Shown: positions 26,579-38,190, counted from the stretch's first letter. The stretch: 64,000 bases of DNA from Gammaproteobacteria bacterium (GCA_035279405.1 DATEHU010000026.1:194147-258146), one strand, 5' to 3'. A program made the numbers and translations. Notes: generated from the sequence alone by a model not told the origin.

Positions 26579-28999
26579 TTATTCCGAACGTTGTTCGCCG
26601 GTGTTGCCCGGGGCGCTGGTGGGTTCTTCCTTAACCGGGGCCGCGACCTGTTCGCGCACCTGAAACAGCGGAATGGTGCGATCCCGCTGTGCAACGTCAT
26701 TCGGCAGCGCCTGGGACTCAGCAGGTGCAGGAGCGGCTGCGTGCGGCGGGTTCACCGACTGCGGCAACTCGGACGGTGGAGCAGCCTGATAATTGGGATT
26801 GATATCGGTACGATTTTCCGGCGGCTTGCCCTCGGCCTGATGCCCGGCCTCGTAACGATGACGGCGGCGACCGCCACGGCGACCACGCCGCGTGCCGCGC
26901 CGACCGCCACGCCCGTCATTGCGCGCGGGTGCGCGATTGGCCTGCCCGTCGGCGGGGGCCGGCGCCGAAGTCACCGGTGCGGCGGATGGCGCCGGAGTTG
27001 CGACCGGTGGTGCACGCTCGGGAGCGGGCGCCTCTTGTACCGGCTGCGGGCGCTCGGCCGGACGCGCCTGGTTGTTCTCCTGTGCATAAGGCGGCATGCG
27101 ATCCCGCGGCCGGGACTGCGGCTGGGGCCGCGACTGCGGACGCGGCGGCGGGCTATTGCGCTCCGGGCGGCGCGAGCCGGAGGAAGCATAGCGATCGCGA
27201 TCGCGATTGCGACCGCGATCCCGATCCCGCGCGTGCGGCCGATCGCGATCGAAACGATTGTTGTCCTGCTGCCGCGGCGGCTGTGAGCGCGGAGCAGGCG
27301 CGGGCGGCCGTGGCCCGCTCGCAAACAGCGCACGCCACATGCGCACCAGGATTCCAGGGCGCGCGGGCGCATCCACGCGCGAAACCGGCGCAGGCGTGGA
27401 CGGCACGATGGTCTTGACCGCCGGTTCCGGCGGCGCTTCGCGTTTGATTTCCGCGCCCGGAACTTCCGGCGTCGGCGGCTCGGTCACCAGTTTGTAACTG
27501 CTGGTGGCGCCTGCGGCGGACGGCACTTCATCGTCGCGCATGCGCTGAATCTCGTAACGCGGCGAATCCAGGTGCGGGTTCGGTACCAGCACCACGCTTA
27601 CCCCACAACGCTTTTCCACTTCGGCGATGATGTGGCGCTTCTCGTTGAGCAGGAAGGTGGCCACGTTCACCGGCAGTTGCGCCACTACCCGGGAAGTGCG
27701 GTCCTTCATGGCTTCCTCTTCCAGCAGGCGCAGCACCGATAGCGACAGGGATTCCACGCCGCGGATGTGTCCTTCGCCGTTGCAGCGCGGGCACACCACC
27801 TGGGTGGATTCGCCGAGCGACGGGCGCAGGCGCTGGCGCGACATTTCCAGCAGGCCGAAGCGCGAGAGTTTCCCGACCTGCACGCGCGCGCGGTCCATCC
27901 TGAGCGCGTCGCGTAACCGGTCCTCGACATCACGCTGATTCTTCTGCGGCCCCATGTCGATGAAGTCGATCACGATCAGGCCGCCCAGGTCGCGCAGGCG
28001 CAACTGGCGCGCGACTTCGTCGGCGGCTTCCAGATTGGTGCGCAATGCGGTTTCCTCGATGTCCCCGCCCTTGGTGGCACGCGCGGAATTCACGTCGATG
28101 GCTACTAGCGCTTCGGTGTGATCGATGACCACGGCGCCGCCCGAGGGCAGGCGCACCTCGCGGCCGAAGGCGGCCTCGATCTGGCTCTCGATCTGGAAGC
28201 GGGTGAACAGCGGGATGCGGTCGGCGTAGTGCTTGAGCTTGTCGAGGTTCTGCGGCATCACCTGTTGCATGAAGTGCCGGGCTTCCTCGCAGGTCTTGGC
28301 GTCGTCCACCAGGATTTCGCCGATGTCGGTGCGCAGGTAATCGCGCAGCGCGCGGATGATGACATTGCTTTCCTGGTAGATCAGGAAGGGGGCGCTGCGG
28401 CCCTGCGACGCTTTTTCAATCGCATCCCAGATCTGGCGCAGGTAATCCAGGTCCCATTGCAGTTCCTCGCCGCTGCGGCCCACGCCGGCGGTGCGCACGA
28501 TGACGCCCATGCCGTCCGGCAGCTGCAGCGTGGTGAGCGCGTCGCGCAGGTCCTCGCGGTCGTCGCCCTCCACGCGCCGCGACACGCCACCGGCGCGCGG
28601 ATTATTGGGCATGAGCACCAGAAAGCGCCCGGCCAGGCTGATGAAGGTGGTGAGCGCCGCGCCTTTGTTGCCGCGCTCCTCCTTGTCCACCTGCACCACC
28701 AGCTCCTGGCCTTCCTGGAGCAATTCGCGGATATTGAGGCGTCCGGACAGATCGGCTCCGGACTTGAAATATACCCGGGAGATTTCCTTGAGCGGCAGGA
28801 ACCCGTGGCGTTCCGAGCCGTAATCCACGAAACAGGCTTCCAGACTGGGCTCGACACGCGAAATCTTGCCCTTGTAGATATTGGCCTTTTTCTGTTCGCG
28901 GGAGGGGACTTCGATATCCAGATCGTAGAGTTTCTGGCCATCCACCATGGCCACGCGCAGCTCTTCCGGCTGCGTGGCATTCACCAGCATTCTTTTCAT
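26579..28999 (-). CDS. rne: Ribonuclease E
   Basis: The N-terminus [30 protein letters not shown] is near-identical to E. coli Rne as I recall it. The protein has S1 and catalytic domains and a CPRCNG zinc-link. The C-terminal half is Arg/Pro/Asp-rich and low complexity. Confidence 0.93.
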   Translation of the reverse strand: MKRMLVNATQPEELRVAMVDGQKLYDLDIEVPSREQKKANIYKGKISRVEPSLEACFVDYGSERHGFLPLKEISRVYFKSGADLSGRLNIRELLQEGQELVVQVDKEERGNKGAALTTFISLAGRFLVLMPNNPRAGGVSRRVEGDDREDLRDALTTLQLPDGMGVIVRTAGVGRSGEELQWDLDYLRQIWDAIEKASQGRSAPFLIYQESNVIIRALRDYLRTDIGEILVDDAKTCEEARHFMQQVMPQNLDKLKHYADRIPLFTRFQIESQIEAAFGREVRLPSGGAVVIDHTEALVAIDVNSARATKGGDIEETALRTNLEAADEVARQLRLRDLGGLIVIDFIDMGPQKNQRDVEDRLRDALRMDRARVQVGKLSRFGLLEMSRQRLRPSLGESTQVVCPRCNGEGHIRGVESLSLSVLRLLEEEAMKDRTSRVVAQLPVNVATFLLNEKRHIIAEVEKRCGVSVVLVPNPHLDSPRYEIQRMRDDEVPSAAGATSSYKLVTEPPTPEVPGAEIKREAPPEPAVKTIVPSTPAPVSRVDAPARPGILVRMWRALFASGPRPPAPAPRSQPPRQQDNNRFDRDRPHARDRDRGRNRDRDRYASSGSRRPERNSPPPRPQSRPQPQSRPRDRMPPYAQENNQARPAERPQPVQEAPAPERAPPVATPAPSAAPVTSAPAPADGQANRAPARNDGRGGRRGTRRGRRGGRRRHRYEAGHQAEGKPPENRTDINPNYQAAPPSELPQSVNPPHAAAPAPAESQALPNDVAQRDRTIPLFQVREQVAAPVKEEPTSAPGNTGEQRSE

Positions 29000-29395
29000 G
29001 TTGATTCTCGCAGACGCTCAACCACGGTCTGCGCAGGGTCACGATGGCCGGACGGCCCGGGGGCGGGATCTCAGACTTCGATCAACGGCGCCGCTTGCGG
29101 CGGCAGCCAAAAGCAATCCTGCCCAGGCACATGACCGGCGCATCCAGACCATGCGAGGCATGGGAGCGCAGTCGTTGGTGACGCTCGAACCCTGAAATCA
29201 GGGCGGCGACACCGTTTGAACACGGGGTTGCCAACCTCGGCACACCCCACCTGTAAACCTTCAAAAACCCCGTGACGGGGACTTCGCATTGCGGCGCCGG
29301 CATGCATCGGCAGAGGCGCGGCTACCTGTCGGGTACTATAGCAGCGCCGGCGCAGGCCTTCAACGACCTCAGGGCTTTTATTTTCAGGAGCTTAA
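29000..29395 (-). promoter_or_regulatory. Long rne 5' leader / divergent rne-rluC promoter region
   Basis: This is a 396-bp non-coding gap between divergent rne and rluC. In E. coli the rne leader of similar length mediates autoregulation. No specific hairpin was mapped here. Confidence 0.35.
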
Positions 29396-30346
29396 GTGGA
29401 AAACCTGCGCCCCAAAGCCAGGCATGTGTCTGTCGCCGCCGAACAGGCGGAGCAACGCCTCGACAATTTTCTGCTGCGCGAACTCAAGGGCGTGCCCAAG
29501 GGACATGTGTACCGTCTGTTGCGTACCGGACAGGTGCGCGTCAACGGGCGGCGCGCCAAGCCCGATTACCGGGTCGCGGGGGGTGATGAAATCCGCATTC
29601 CGCCGGTGCGCCAGTCCGCTCCGGAGCCGCAGACCCGGCCCGGCAGCCGTCAGCAGGCGGTCTTGCAGGCGGCGATTGTGCATGAGGACGAATTTCTGCT
29701 CGTGCTCAACAAGCCGGCCGGTTGGGCGGTGCACGGTGGCAGCGGCGTGAGCCTCGGCGTGATTGAAGCCTTGCGTGCCATGCGTCCGGGCGACCGGCAT
29801 CTCGAACTGGTGCACCGCCTGGATCGCGACACCAGCGGCTGTTTGCTGGTGGCCCGCAAACCGTCGGCCCTGCGCTCGCTGCATGCCGCACTGCGCACCG
29901 GGCAGGTGGACAAGCGCTATCTCGCCCTGCTGGCCGGCGCATGGACAGGCGGCCCGTGTCAGGTGCGCGTGGCTTTGCAGAAAAACGTGCTGCAGAGCGG
30001 TGAGCGCATGGTCAAGGTTGCCGAGGACGGCCGCGAGGCGGAAAGTCATTTCCAGCCCATCCGCAGGTTCCGCGATGCGACCCTGATGGAAGTTGCCATC
30101 CGCACCGGCCGCACCCATCAGATCCGGGTACACGCAGCGCATCTCGGCCATCCGGTGCTGGGCGATGAAAAATACGGCGCGCGCGAAGCCAACCGGCATT
30201 TCCGTTCATTGGGTCTGAAGCGCATGTTCCTGCACGCGGCCAGTCTCGGCTTTGTGCATCCCGCAACGGGGGTACCGATGCAGGTGAGTGCGCCACTGGA
30301 TGCGCAATTGCAGATGCTGCTCGACCGGCTTGAACCGATTGCCTAG
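29396..30346 (+). CDS. rluC: 23S rRNA pseudouridine synthase RluC
   Basis: The start is GTG with RBS caggag. There is an S4-like N-terminus and the catalytic motif HRLDRDTSG. The gene is divergent from rne, as in E. coli. Confidence 0.9.
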   Translation: MENLRPKARHVSVAAEQAEQRLDNFLLRELKGVPKGHVYRLLRTGQVRVNGRRAKPDYRVAGGDEIRIPPVRQSAPEPQTRPGSRQQAVLQAAIVHEDEFLLVLNKPAGWAVHGGSGVSLGVIEALRAMRPGDRHLELVHRLDRDTSGCLLVARKPSALRSLHAALRTGQVDKRYLALLAGAWTGGPCQVRVALQKNVLQSGERMVKVAEDGREAESHFQPIRRFRDATLMEVAIRTGRTHQIRVHAAHLGHPVLGDEKYGAREANRHFRSLGLKRMFLHAASLGFVHPATGVPMQVSAPLDAQLQMLLDRLEPIA

Positions 30347-30918
30347 GGCAGGGTGACGCCGAGTTCGCGCAGAAATCGGCAAACGGCAATCAACGGCAGG
30401 CCCATGAGTGCGGTTGGATCCCGCGATTCGATGTGCTCAAACAGGCTGATGCCCAGGCTCTCGGACTTGAAGCTGCCGGCACAGTCATACGGTTGCTCGG
30501 CGCGGAGATAGCGTTCAATTTCCTGCGCCGAAAGTCTGCGGAAATAAACCCGTGTGGTGTCCAGGTGCGCAAACTGGCGGCCGGTGGCTGCCAACTGTAC
30601 GCACACCGCGGTATGGAAGATCACGGCCTGTCCGGACTGGGCGCTCAATTGTTGAATTGCCCGCGTGTGATCTCCGGGCTTACCCAGGATTTCTCCGTCC
30701 AGCTCCGCTACCTGATCGGCGCCGATGACCAGACTGTCGGGATAGCGCTGCGCAACGGCCGTCGTCTTGGCCTTCGCCAGGCGCGTGACCAGAGCCGCGG
30801 GCAGTTCGCCGGCCTGGGGTGTCTCGTCGGTGCCTGGAGCCATGCACTCAAACGTCAGGCCCAGACGTGCGAGCAGCGCGCGGCGGTAGGCGGAAGTCGA
30901 GGCGAGCAGAATGTGCAT
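30343..30918 (-). CDS. maf: Maf-family nucleoside triphosphate pyrophosphatase (YceF-like)
   Basis: The N-terminus is MHILLASTSAYRRALLARLGL. Also present is CAGSFKSESLGISLF. The size is 191 aa. Confidence 0.88.
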   Translation of the reverse strand: MHILLASTSAYRRALLARLGLTFECMAPGTDETPQAGELPAALVTRLAKAKTTAVAQRYPDSLVIGADQVAELDGEILGKPGDHTRAIQQLSAQSGQAVIFHTAVCVQLAATGRQFAHLDTTRVYFRRLSAQEIERYLRAEQPYDCAGSFKSESLGISLFEHIESRDPTALMGLPLIAVCRFLRELGVTLP

Positions 30919-31034
30919 GGTTTCAGTGCGGGCGTTGAGTGCGTTCCAGAACAGGGGCCAAGCGCAATAAAAACAATGGCTTGGAGCAATTTTACTTTGA
31001 CAAGCGCAGGGCTCAAACGTATCATACCGCGCCT

Positions 31035-31550
31035 ATGTCAGGCGGCCTGCCGGAATTTTTGGACCTGACGAAAGCGGGTCATACGCCACAGATGGTGGCG
31101 GGCCGATTGAGCCTGAGTCGCATGCCGCGCTTGTGTGCAGCGCTTGCGGACGCTGGCGGTCAAGTCGACATTGACCTGCAGGTTTTCAAGGAAGGCGGAC
31201 TCGCGGTGGTGAATGGCAGGCTGCAGGCCAGCTTGGGTCTGAGCTGTCAGCGCTGCTTTGGATTGCTGCGCCATCCGGTGGATGTGCACATGCGGCTTGG
31301 CTGGGCGGGCAGCAGTCAGGCGCAGCACTGGCCGGACAGCTACGACACGCTGGATTCCAGCAGCGGAAAGATACGCCTGGCGGAACTGGTCGAAGACGAG
31401 TTGCTCCTGGCGTTGCCGCTGGCGCCACGCCATGCCAAGCCGGAAGACTGCGCGGCACTGCGCATGCCGACCGTAAAGCCCAAAACCATGGCGCCTGCTG
31501 CCGAAGCTAGGCGACCGTTTGAAATTTTGAAGACGCTCCGGCGTCATTGA
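31035..31550 (+). CDS. yceD: YceD (DUF177) 23S rRNA accumulation protein
   Basis: Track ORF trimmed to ATG 31035. The gene lies immediately upstream of rpmF. The motifs are CQRCF and [12 protein letters not shown]. Confidence 0.85.
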   Translation: MSGGLPEFLDLTKAGHTPQMVAGRLSLSRMPRLCAALADAGGQVDIDLQVFKEGGLAVVNGRLQASLGLSCQRCFGLLRHPVDVHMRLGWAGSSQAQHWPDSYDTLDSSSGKIRLAELVEDELLLALPLAPRHAKPEDCAALRMPTVKPKTMAPAAEARRPFEILKTLRRH

Positions 31551-31581
31551 GCTTGAAAAGCATTGTCAGCAGGAGCCCAAC

Positions 31582-31764
31582 ATGGCAGTCCAGAAAAGTC
31601 GCGTTTCCCCCTCCCGTCGTGGCCAGCGCCGTTCACACGATGCGCTCGACGGGCCAACCCTGGCGGTCGACAAGACCACGGGTCACACCCACCGCCGGCA
31701 CCACATCGGCGCCGACGGGTTTTATCGCGGCAAGAAAATCCTGAGCATCCCGCAGGAAGACTGA
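31582..31764 (+). CDS. rpmF: 50S ribosomal protein L32
   Basis: The N-terminus is [22 protein letters not shown]. Confidence 0.95.
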   Translation: MAVQKSRVSPSRRGQRRSHDALDGPTLAVDKTTGHTHRRHHIGADGFYRGKKILSIPQED

Positions 31765-31896
31765 TACCGCCGTTGTCGGCGCCCATGCGATGATGCACGT
31801 CGTTGCACCGGCATGGCAGCGGATCTCCGGCTCGCAATGCATACCGGATCGCGCGCCGACCGAATCCCACGGGCCCAAGATATCTCCAGCCATGGC

Positions 31897-32934
31897 ATGA
31901 GCAACGACACCGTCACGATTGCGCTGGACGCCATGGGTGGCGATCACGGGCCGTCCGTCGTGGTGCCGGCCGCCATCAGCATGCTCAACAAGCATGCCTT
32001 TCTGCACGTCATCCTCGTGGGGGATGCCGCCATCATCAATCCGATGGTAGCCGGCGATGTCCACGCTTTTGCGCAGCGCCTCAAGGTTCAGCATGCCTCG
32101 CAGGTGGTACTCATGGACGAGTTGCCCTCGCAGGCGTTGCGCCACAAGAAAGATTCTTCGATGCGCGTGGCCATCAACCTGGTGAAAAACGGCCAGGCTG
32201 ACGGCTGTGTGAGCGCCGGCAACACCGGTGCGCTCATGGCCACCGCGCGCTTCGTGTTGAAGACCGTCCCCGGCATAGACCGGCCGGCGATCTGTACGCT
32301 CATTCCTTCGCATGGCGGCCACACCCACATGCTGGACCTCGGCGCCAATGCCGACTGTACTCCCGAGCAACTGTTCCAATTCGGCGTCATGGGTGCAGCG
32401 CTTGCCGAATCCGTATATCACATCGAGTCACCGCGCGTGGGCTTGCTCAACATCGGTGAAGAGGAAATCAAGGGCATCGAGAAGGTACGTGATGCCGCCA
32501 AGCTGCTGGAGACCAGCCATCTGAACTACATCGGCTTCGTGGAAGGCGACGACATCTTTTCGCGCGACGTGGATGTGGTGGTGTCGGATGGCTTCGTCGG
32601 CAACGTGGCGCTCAAGACCATCGAGGGGCTGGCCAAACTCATCAGCCAGATGCTGCGCGAGGAATTCCGGCGCACTGCGTTCACACGCCTGCTGGCGCTG
32701 GCCGCGCTGCCGGTGCTGCATGCGCTCAAGCGTCGGCTGGATCCGCGCCATTACAATGGCGCGAGCCTGCTGGGTTTGCGCGCGGTGGTGGTGAAAAGCC
32801 ACGGCAGTACCGACAGCGTGGGCTTCGCGAGCGCCATCCGCGTGGCGATACTCGAAATCCAGAATCAGGTCCCGCAGCGCATCGGCCGGCTGCTGGAAGT
32901 GCAGCTGCCCAACACCGGCACAGGTGCCGCATGA
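31897..32934 (+). CDS. plsX: Phosphate acyltransferase PlsX
   Basis: Track ORF trimmed to ATG 31897 ([19 protein letters not shown]). Also present is GNTGALMA. Confidence 0.92.
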   Translation: MSNDTVTIALDAMGGDHGPSVVVPAAISMLNKHAFLHVILVGDAAIINPMVAGDVHAFAQRLKVQHASQVVLMDELPSQALRHKKDSSMRVAINLVKNGQADGCVSAGNTGALMATARFVLKTVPGIDRPAICTLIPSHGGHTHMLDLGANADCTPEQLFQFGVMGAALAESVYHIESPRVGLLNIGEEEIKGIEKVRDAAKLLETSHLNYIGFVEGDDIFSRDVDVVVSDGFVGNVALKTIEGLAKLISQMLREEFRRTAFTRLLALAALPVLHALKRRLDPRHYNGASLLGLRAVVVKSHGSTDSVGFASAIRVAILEIQNQVPQRIGRLLEVQLPNTGTGAA

Positions 32935-33905
32935 AGAACATTTACTCCAGGATTGCCGGCACCGGCAGCGCATTGCCGGAAAAGGTGCTCACCAACCAGG
33001 ACCTGGAGAAGATGGTGGATACCACGGACGAGTGGATCCGCACGCGCACCGGTATCGAGCGCAGGCATATCGCCGCCGAGCACGAAACCAATCTGGATTT
33101 CTGCGAGCAGGCCGCGCGCAATGCCATGCAGGCCGCGGGCGTCGGACCCGGGGACATCGACCTCGTGATCGTCGGCACGACCACACCGGATCAGGTATTT
33201 CCCAACATGGGCTGCCTGCTGCAGCAACGCATGGGCATGCACGGCTGCCCGGCCTTCAGCCTGGAAGCCGCGTGTGCCGGGTTCATTTATGCATTGGACA
33301 TCGGCGACAAATACATCCGCGCGGGCAGCGCGCGCTGCGCGCTGATCGTGGGCGGCGAGACCCTGTCGCGCATGACCGACTACACCGACCGCGGCACCTG
33401 TGTGCTGTTCGGCGACGGCGCCGGTGCCGTGGTGCTGCAACCCGCCGACCAGCCGGGCATCATCTCCACGCACCTGCATGCCGACGGCCAGTACGCGGAC
33501 TTGCTGTACTTTCCCTCCGGGGTATCGAAGAAGCCGCAGGATTTTCTTGGGGGCCGCGACTTCATCCGCATGAAGGGCAACGAGGTATTCAAGATCGCGG
33601 TGCGGAAACTCGGCGACATCGTGGTGGAAGCGCTGGCAGCAAACCACATGCCGCCTGAGCAGCTCGACTGGCTGGTGCCGCACCAGGCCAATCTGCGCAT
33701 CATCGAGGCCACCGCGCGCAAGCTGAAAATGCCCATGGAGCGCGTGATCCTCACCATCCAGGAGCACGGCAACACGTCCACCGCCTCGGTACCGCTGGCA
33801 CTGGATGTGGCGGTGCGCGACGGACGCATTAAACGCGGCCAGACGATTCTCCTGGAAGCCTTCGGTGGCGGTTTTACCTGGGGGGCGGCGCTGATCCGTT
33901 ATTGA
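32931..33905 (+). CDS. fabH: 3-oxoacyl-ACP synthase III FabH
   Basis: The catalytic Cys is in EAACAGF. Also present are VPHQANLRI and GNTSTAS. The gene overlaps plsX by 4 nt. Confidence 0.93.
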   Translation: MKNIYSRIAGTGSALPEKVLTNQDLEKMVDTTDEWIRTRTGIERRHIAAEHETNLDFCEQAARNAMQAAGVGPGDIDLVIVGTTTPDQVFPNMGCLLQQRMGMHGCPAFSLEAACAGFIYALDIGDKYIRAGSARCALIVGGETLSRMTDYTDRGTCVLFGDGAGAVVLQPADQPGIISTHLHADGQYADLLYFPSGVSKKPQDFLGGRDFIRMKGNEVFKIAVRKLGDIVVEALAANHMPPEQLDWLVPHQANLRIIEATARKLKMPMERVILTIQEHGNTSTASVPLALDVAVRDGRIKRGQTILLEAFGGGFTWGAALIRY

Positions 33906-34908
33906 GTGTCCGGGCCAGCCAGTCCAGCACTGGCTGCTGGTATTTTGGGAATTCAATCGGCAAGGTCATGTGGTTTGCAGCCGGGATACCGAGATGCTCG
34001 GTATGCCGGGTGGCGGATATCAATTCCTGTTGGTCGGTCGCCGGTACAAATTGATCCTTGCCTCCGTAGATATACATCACGGGGATGTTCAGTGAGGATG
34101 CCGCTGGCAGTGCGGTTGCCGTCTCCAGTCTGGTATCCGCCAGTTGATCGGCCTCTTTGACGGCTTCGTTCATGCGCGCAGCGCTGACAAAATGGCTGAG
34201 CGTCGGAAACATGATGCGCCCACCGCGATGGATGACGTCCACGGCATTCACGAAAGGCTCGATGGCGACTACCGCCTTGACTTGCGAATCCAGCGCAGCC
34301 GCGCGCAGTGCGACCGAGGCGCCATACGAGACGCCCATCAACACCAGGGGACCGTACACGATGTTTTGGGCGTAGAGCCAGTGGATGAGCTGTTGCACGT
34401 CACGGGATTCGACATTACCCCAGGTAATCCAGTTACCCGTTGACAGGCCCTCGCCGCGCAAATCCACCAGCACGCATTGATACCCCGCCTTGGCCAGCAC
34501 AAAAGCCCAGGGCAACATCATGAATTTGCCGTTTTGGAACGCAGGCAGGAGCACGATAGTGCCTTTTGGTCTGCTGGAGTAACGCTGCAGCTTTCCGGGC
34601 TTGAAGTGAACGGAGGCTTGATGCTTTGTGATGTCAGTGTGATATTCCATATTGGCATCGCCGGGTGGCATGACGGCAATGGAAAGCTGCGCTGGCGGTG
34701 GTCCTACCGGAACCATGTCGGTGCGGCTGAAGTCCTGGTCGCGGACCTGATCGAAAAACGCAGCTATCTCCGGCTGCTGCTCCGGTGGTGTCTGAAGTTT
34801 GTTGGGCGCTTCCACCATCTGGCGGGCGAGAAAGCTCGTGCAACCGTCCAGGCATGGCAACACCAGTGCCAACGCCAGGCAAACAAACCGCGCCGATGGA
34901 CTGAACAC
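33874..34908 (-). CDS. Alpha/beta-hydrolase-fold lipoprotein
   Basis: The signal and lipobox read FVCLALALVLPCLDGC. The nucleophile elbow is GVSYGAS. The 3' end overlaps the fabH 3' end by 32 nt (convergent). Confidence 0.75.
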   Translation of the reverse strand: MFSPSARFVCLALALVLPCLDGCTSFLARQMVEAPNKLQTPPEQQPEIAAFFDQVRDQDFSRTDMVPVGPPPAQLSIAVMPPGDANMEYHTDITKHQASVHFKPGKLQRYSSRPKGTIVLLPAFQNGKFMMLPWAFVLAKAGYQCVLVDLRGEGLSTGNWITWGNVESRDVQQLIHWLYAQNIVYGPLVLMGVSYGASVALRAAALDSQVKAVVAIEPFVNAVDVIHRGGRIMFPTLSHFVSAARMNEAVKEADQLADTRLETATALPAASSLNIPVMYIYGGKDQFVPATDQQELISATRHTEHLGIPAANHMTLPIEFPKYQQPVLDWLARTLNNGSAPPPR

Positions 34909-34943
34909 GCTTATCTCCGGTTCGTGGCCGGTGCAGTATAGAT

Positions 34944-34970
34944 AAAAAAGGGGAGGGCATGGCCCTCCCC
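34944..34970 (-). terminator. Rho-independent terminator after the BNR-repeat gene
   Basis: The minus strand reads ggggagggc-cat-gccctcccc followed by tttttt. Confidence 0.8.
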
Positions 34971-34995
34971 GTGATCTGCGCGCAGCGATACGCGT

Positions 34996-37900
34996 TTACA
35001 TCTGCACCGGTTTGACGCTGATCGGCTGACCCACCATGAGCGTGGGCGCGCCGGCGGTGTAGGCGGTCTTGTTGTAAGCCGGTACGTCGGTTGCGAGGAT
35101 GGCGTTGAACTCGGCGAGCTTGACGTTCAGCTTCGAGCCAACCTCAGCTGCAGCATCCCGCATCGGCGCAGTGGGCATCTGCCCGATCAGCGTTGTTATC
35201 CCGCTCAGCGACTGAAGCTCGCCGTTCAGGCGCGCGAGATAGTGGATGTTGTCTTCCACCACCATGTGCTGCAGACCCTGGTTGTAGACGCTGTTCTTGA
35301 GGTCCGTGAGCTTCTTGTCGAGAGCTTTCGCCTGGCTGAGCACAGCCGCGTATTGTGGCTCGCCGGCCGCAGTGCCGGTCTCGAAGGATCCCAGCGCATT
35401 CTGCATGGCTACGATGCGGTTCAGCATTTCATTGAACGCGCTGGTTTCGTTGCGCACTTCCAGGCCAATTTTGAGGTCGGCTTGCATCACTTCCAGCGGA
35501 ATGCGCAGGTTCGGGTCGCTGTGCACCGTCACTGTGGTGGTCTGGGTCTGGCCGCCGACGGTCACCGCTACATGGTAGGTGCCGGGCAGCACCGCGGGGC
35601 CGGATGGGCTGAATGCGGCGAAAGCCGCCGGGATTTTTTCAAAGTCCAACTGCGTGGGCGCGTCATAGCTCATGTTCCACACGAACTGATTGACACCGGC
35701 CTTGGCCGGGCCGTAATCGGTCGCCACGCTGTTGCCGTTGGCGTCGGTGACCACGATCTTGACCGGCGAATGATGTTGGGCTGTTTCAGCCGGCGTGGCT
35801 TTCAGCTCGGTCTTGAGATAGTAGTCAATCATCGGGCCATCCGGTGCATTGGGTGTGGTGAATGAAGGTTCCGCGCCTTCACCACGTGACCAGCGTACAA
35901 ATTCCGTTCCCTCGGACGGCGTGAACAGATGGAATGCCTGCTTGGCGATGTCGTCGTTCATCTCCTCAATGGGCCGCAGATTGTCCAGCACGAACAGGCC
36001 GCGGCCATGGGTGGCGACGGCGAGCGCGTGGTGCACGAATTTGAGATCGAATACTGCGGCGGTGGGAAAATCGGCCTTGAGTTGCTGCCAGTGGCCGCCG
36101 TCGTCGCGCGAGTACCACAAGCCCGTCATGTTACCGAGCACCAGCAGGCCTTTCATGTTCGGATCTTCGCGCACTACCAGCACCGGCTCGTCCGGCAGGC
36201 CCTTGGCGATGGAATGCCAGGACTTGCCGTAGTTGTCGGTCGCATAGACGTAAGGCTTGGTATCGTCCATTTCGTGGTTGTCGAAGGCCACGTAGGCGGT
36301 GCCGGCATCGAAGGGCGACACGCCGATCTGGTACGCCCGGCCCCAATGCGGCGCGCCGGAGGGCGTGACGTTGGACCAACTGCCACCGTCGTTGCGGCTT
36401 ACCTGCACGAGACCGTCGTCGGTGCCCGCCCAGATCACGTTCTGATCGGTGGGTGCGAGCGTCAGCGACAGGATGGTGTCGTAGGTTTCGGCACCGGAGA
36501 GATCCAGATTCACCGGCCCGCCGGAGTTCAACTGCTTGCTCTTGTCGTTGCGCGTCAGATCCGGACTGATGATGGTCCAATGTGCGCCGCCGTCCGTGGA
36601 CTTGAACATCACGTTGCCGCCCATGTAAACGGTGTTGGCATCGGTGGGCGAGACTGCAATCGGCGAGGTCCAGTTGTAGCGGTATTTCTGATCTTTGGTT
36701 TCGAGACTATTGATGCCACTGGGGCCGTAGACGTACGGCATGAGGTTGGGTGACAGGTGAGTGCGCAGGTCATAACGCGTGATGGCGCCATCTTGCGCAT
36801 TGCCGTAGATGATGTCCGGATCGCTGGGTGCGGGTACGACGTACTCGCCGTCACCACCCACCACCGTGTACCAGTCATTGCCGCTCACTACGTTGTCAGC
36901 CAGTGACGAGGACGGCCCGCACCAGCCGCTGTTATCCTGCAGGCCGCCGCACAGGTTGTAGGGCGTTTTGCCGTCGGCCGCGACCATGTAGAACTGCTCG
37001 ATGGGCAGGCCGTCCAGGAAGCGCCAGCTTTTGCCGCCGTCAAGGCTCAGATACGCGCCGCCATCGTTGCCCTGAATGATGCGCTCGGGATTTGTTGGAT
37101 CCTGCCAGAAAGCATGGTGGTCGGGATGCATGCTCATATCAATGGGATGCGCGCTGTGTCCGCCGTCGTCGGATTCCATGAGGAAGAACGAGGCGAAGTA
37201 CAGTTTGTTCTCGTCGTTGGGGGCGACGTACACGTGCGAGAAATAGAACGGTCGCACGTCGAGGTCGTAGTTGTCGCTTACCTGCTGCCAGTGATCACCG
37301 AGATCCGTGGATGTGAACAGCAGGCCGTTGCCGCGGCGGGTCTCAATGAGCGCATAGAGGTGCTCGGGATTGCTCGGAGCGGCCGCGATGGAGATGCGGC
37401 CGATGGGCGGCTTGGGCAGGTCGGTGGTGAGCTTGGTCCAGGTATCGCCGCCGTCGGTGGAGCGCCACAGGCCGCTGTCCGGTCCGCCGTTGTCGAGCTT
37501 CCAGGGATAGCGTTGCGCCTGCCATAGGGCGGCGAACAGCACCTGCGGATTGTCACCGTCCAGGGTGAGGTCAATGGCGCCGGTGTGATCGTTGACGAAC
37601 AGCACTTTCTTCCAGGTCTTGCCGCCGTCGGTGGTCTTGAACACGCCGCGCTCGGGGTTCGGGCCCCAGGCGTGGCCGAGCACTGCGACCCACACGGTGT
37701 CGGAGTTGTGTGGATCCACCACTACCTTGGCGATCTGGCCGGCATCCTTGAAGCCCATGAGCTTCCAAGTCTTGCCGGCATCGGTGGACAGATACAAACC
37801 GGCGCCGTCCAGCACGTCGTTGCGGATGTTGACCTCGCCCGTGGCCACCCACACCAGGTTCGGGTTGGAGGGCGCGAGCGCAATATTGCTGATGGAACTC

Positions 37901-38190
37901 GTGGCTTCTTTGGTGAAAATCGCCTGCCAATGCAAGCCGCCGTCAGTGGTTTTCCACACACCGCCGCCAGCGGCGCCCACGTAATAAATCTTGGGATTGC
38001 CGGGAATGCCGACTACCGAGGTCACCCGCCCGCCGGCGATGGCCGGACCCAGATTGCGGAATTGGAGGCTGGCAAAAACGTCAGTCGCTTTGGCCGGTGC
38101 AGCTGCGGCCCGGGCCAGTGCCGGCAGCGCGCCGCAGGTGAGCATGGCCAGCAGAACCGCGATGCCCGGGACCAAGCGCAGAGTTTTCAT
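34996..38190 (-). CDS. Secreted BNR/Asp-box repeat protein (sortilin/VPS10-like tandem beta-propeller)
   Basis: The signal peptide is MKTLRLVPGIAVLLAMLTCGALPALARA and the RBS is ggag. At least 10 Asp-box-like motifs (S/T-x-D-x-G-x-x-W) are present: TTDGGLHW, STDAGKTW, TTDGGKTW, STDGGDTW, STDLGDHW, SLDGGKSW, STDGGAHW, NDGGSW, YGKSW and RDDGGHW. Confidence 0.8.
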   Translation of the reverse strand: MKTLRLVPGIAVLLAMLTCGALPALARAAAAPAKATDVFASLQFRNLGPAIAGGRVTSVVGIPGNPKIYYVGAAGGGVWKTTDGGLHWQAIFTKEATSSISNIALAPSNPNLVWVATGEVNIRNDVLDGAGLYLSTDAGKTWKLMGFKDAGQIAKVVVDPHNSDTVWVAVLGHAWGPNPERGVFKTTDGGKTWKKVLFVNDHTGAIDLTLDGDNPQVLFAALWQAQRYPWKLDNGGPDSGLWRSTDGGDTWTKLTTDLPKPPIGRISIAAAPSNPEHLYALIETRRGNGLLFTSTDLGDHWQQVSDNYDLDVRPFYFSHVYVAPNDENKLYFASFFLMESDDGGHSAHPIDMSMHPDHHAFWQDPTNPERIIQGNDGGAYLSLDGGKSWRFLDGLPIEQFYMVAADGKTPYNLCGGLQDNSGWCGPSSSLADNVVSGNDWYTVVGGDGEYVVPAPSDPDIIYGNAQDGAITRYDLRTHLSPNLMPYVYGPSGINSLETKDQKYRYNWTSPIAVSPTDANTVYMGGNVMFKSTDGGAHWTIISPDLTRNDKSKQLNSGGPVNLDLSGAETYDTILSLTLAPTDQNVIWAGTDDGLVQVSRNDGGSWSNVTPSGAPHWGRAYQIGVSPFDAGTAYVAFDNHEMDDTKPYVYATDNYGKSWHSIAKGLPDEPVLVVREDPNMKGLLVLGNMTGLWYSRDDGGHWQQLKADFPTAAVFDLKFVHHALAVATHGRGLFVLDNLRPIEEMNDDIAKQAFHLFTPSEGTEFVRWSRGEGAEPSFTTPNAPDGPMIDYYLKTELKATPAETAQHHSPVKIVVTDANGNSVATDYGPAKAGVNQFVWNMSYDAPTQLDFEKIPAAFAAFSPSGPAVLPGTYHVAVTVGGQTQTTTVTVHSDPNLRIPLEVMQADLKIGLEVRNETSAFNEMLNRIVAMQNALGSFETGTAAGEPQYAAVLSQAKALDKKLTDLKNSVYNQGLQHMVVEDNIHYLARLNGELQSLSGITTLIGQMPTAPMRDAAAEVGSKLNVKLAEFNAILATDVPAYNKTAYTAGAPTLMVGQPISVKPVQM

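Noticed and set aside
27185-27255. Cluster of GCGATCGC (cyanobacterial HIP1-like) octamers and GATCGC hexamer repeats
   Set aside because: The cluster lies inside the rne C-terminal region. It simply encodes the Arg-Asp repeat ([13 protein letters not shown]) on the minus strand. It is not an intergenic palindrome family, and the gene content is not cyanobacterial.
29071-29307. Small ORFs (73-104 aa) in the rne-rluC intergenic region
   Set aside because: They are mutually overlapping, with no RBS or conserved motifs. The region corresponds to the expected long rne 5' leader.
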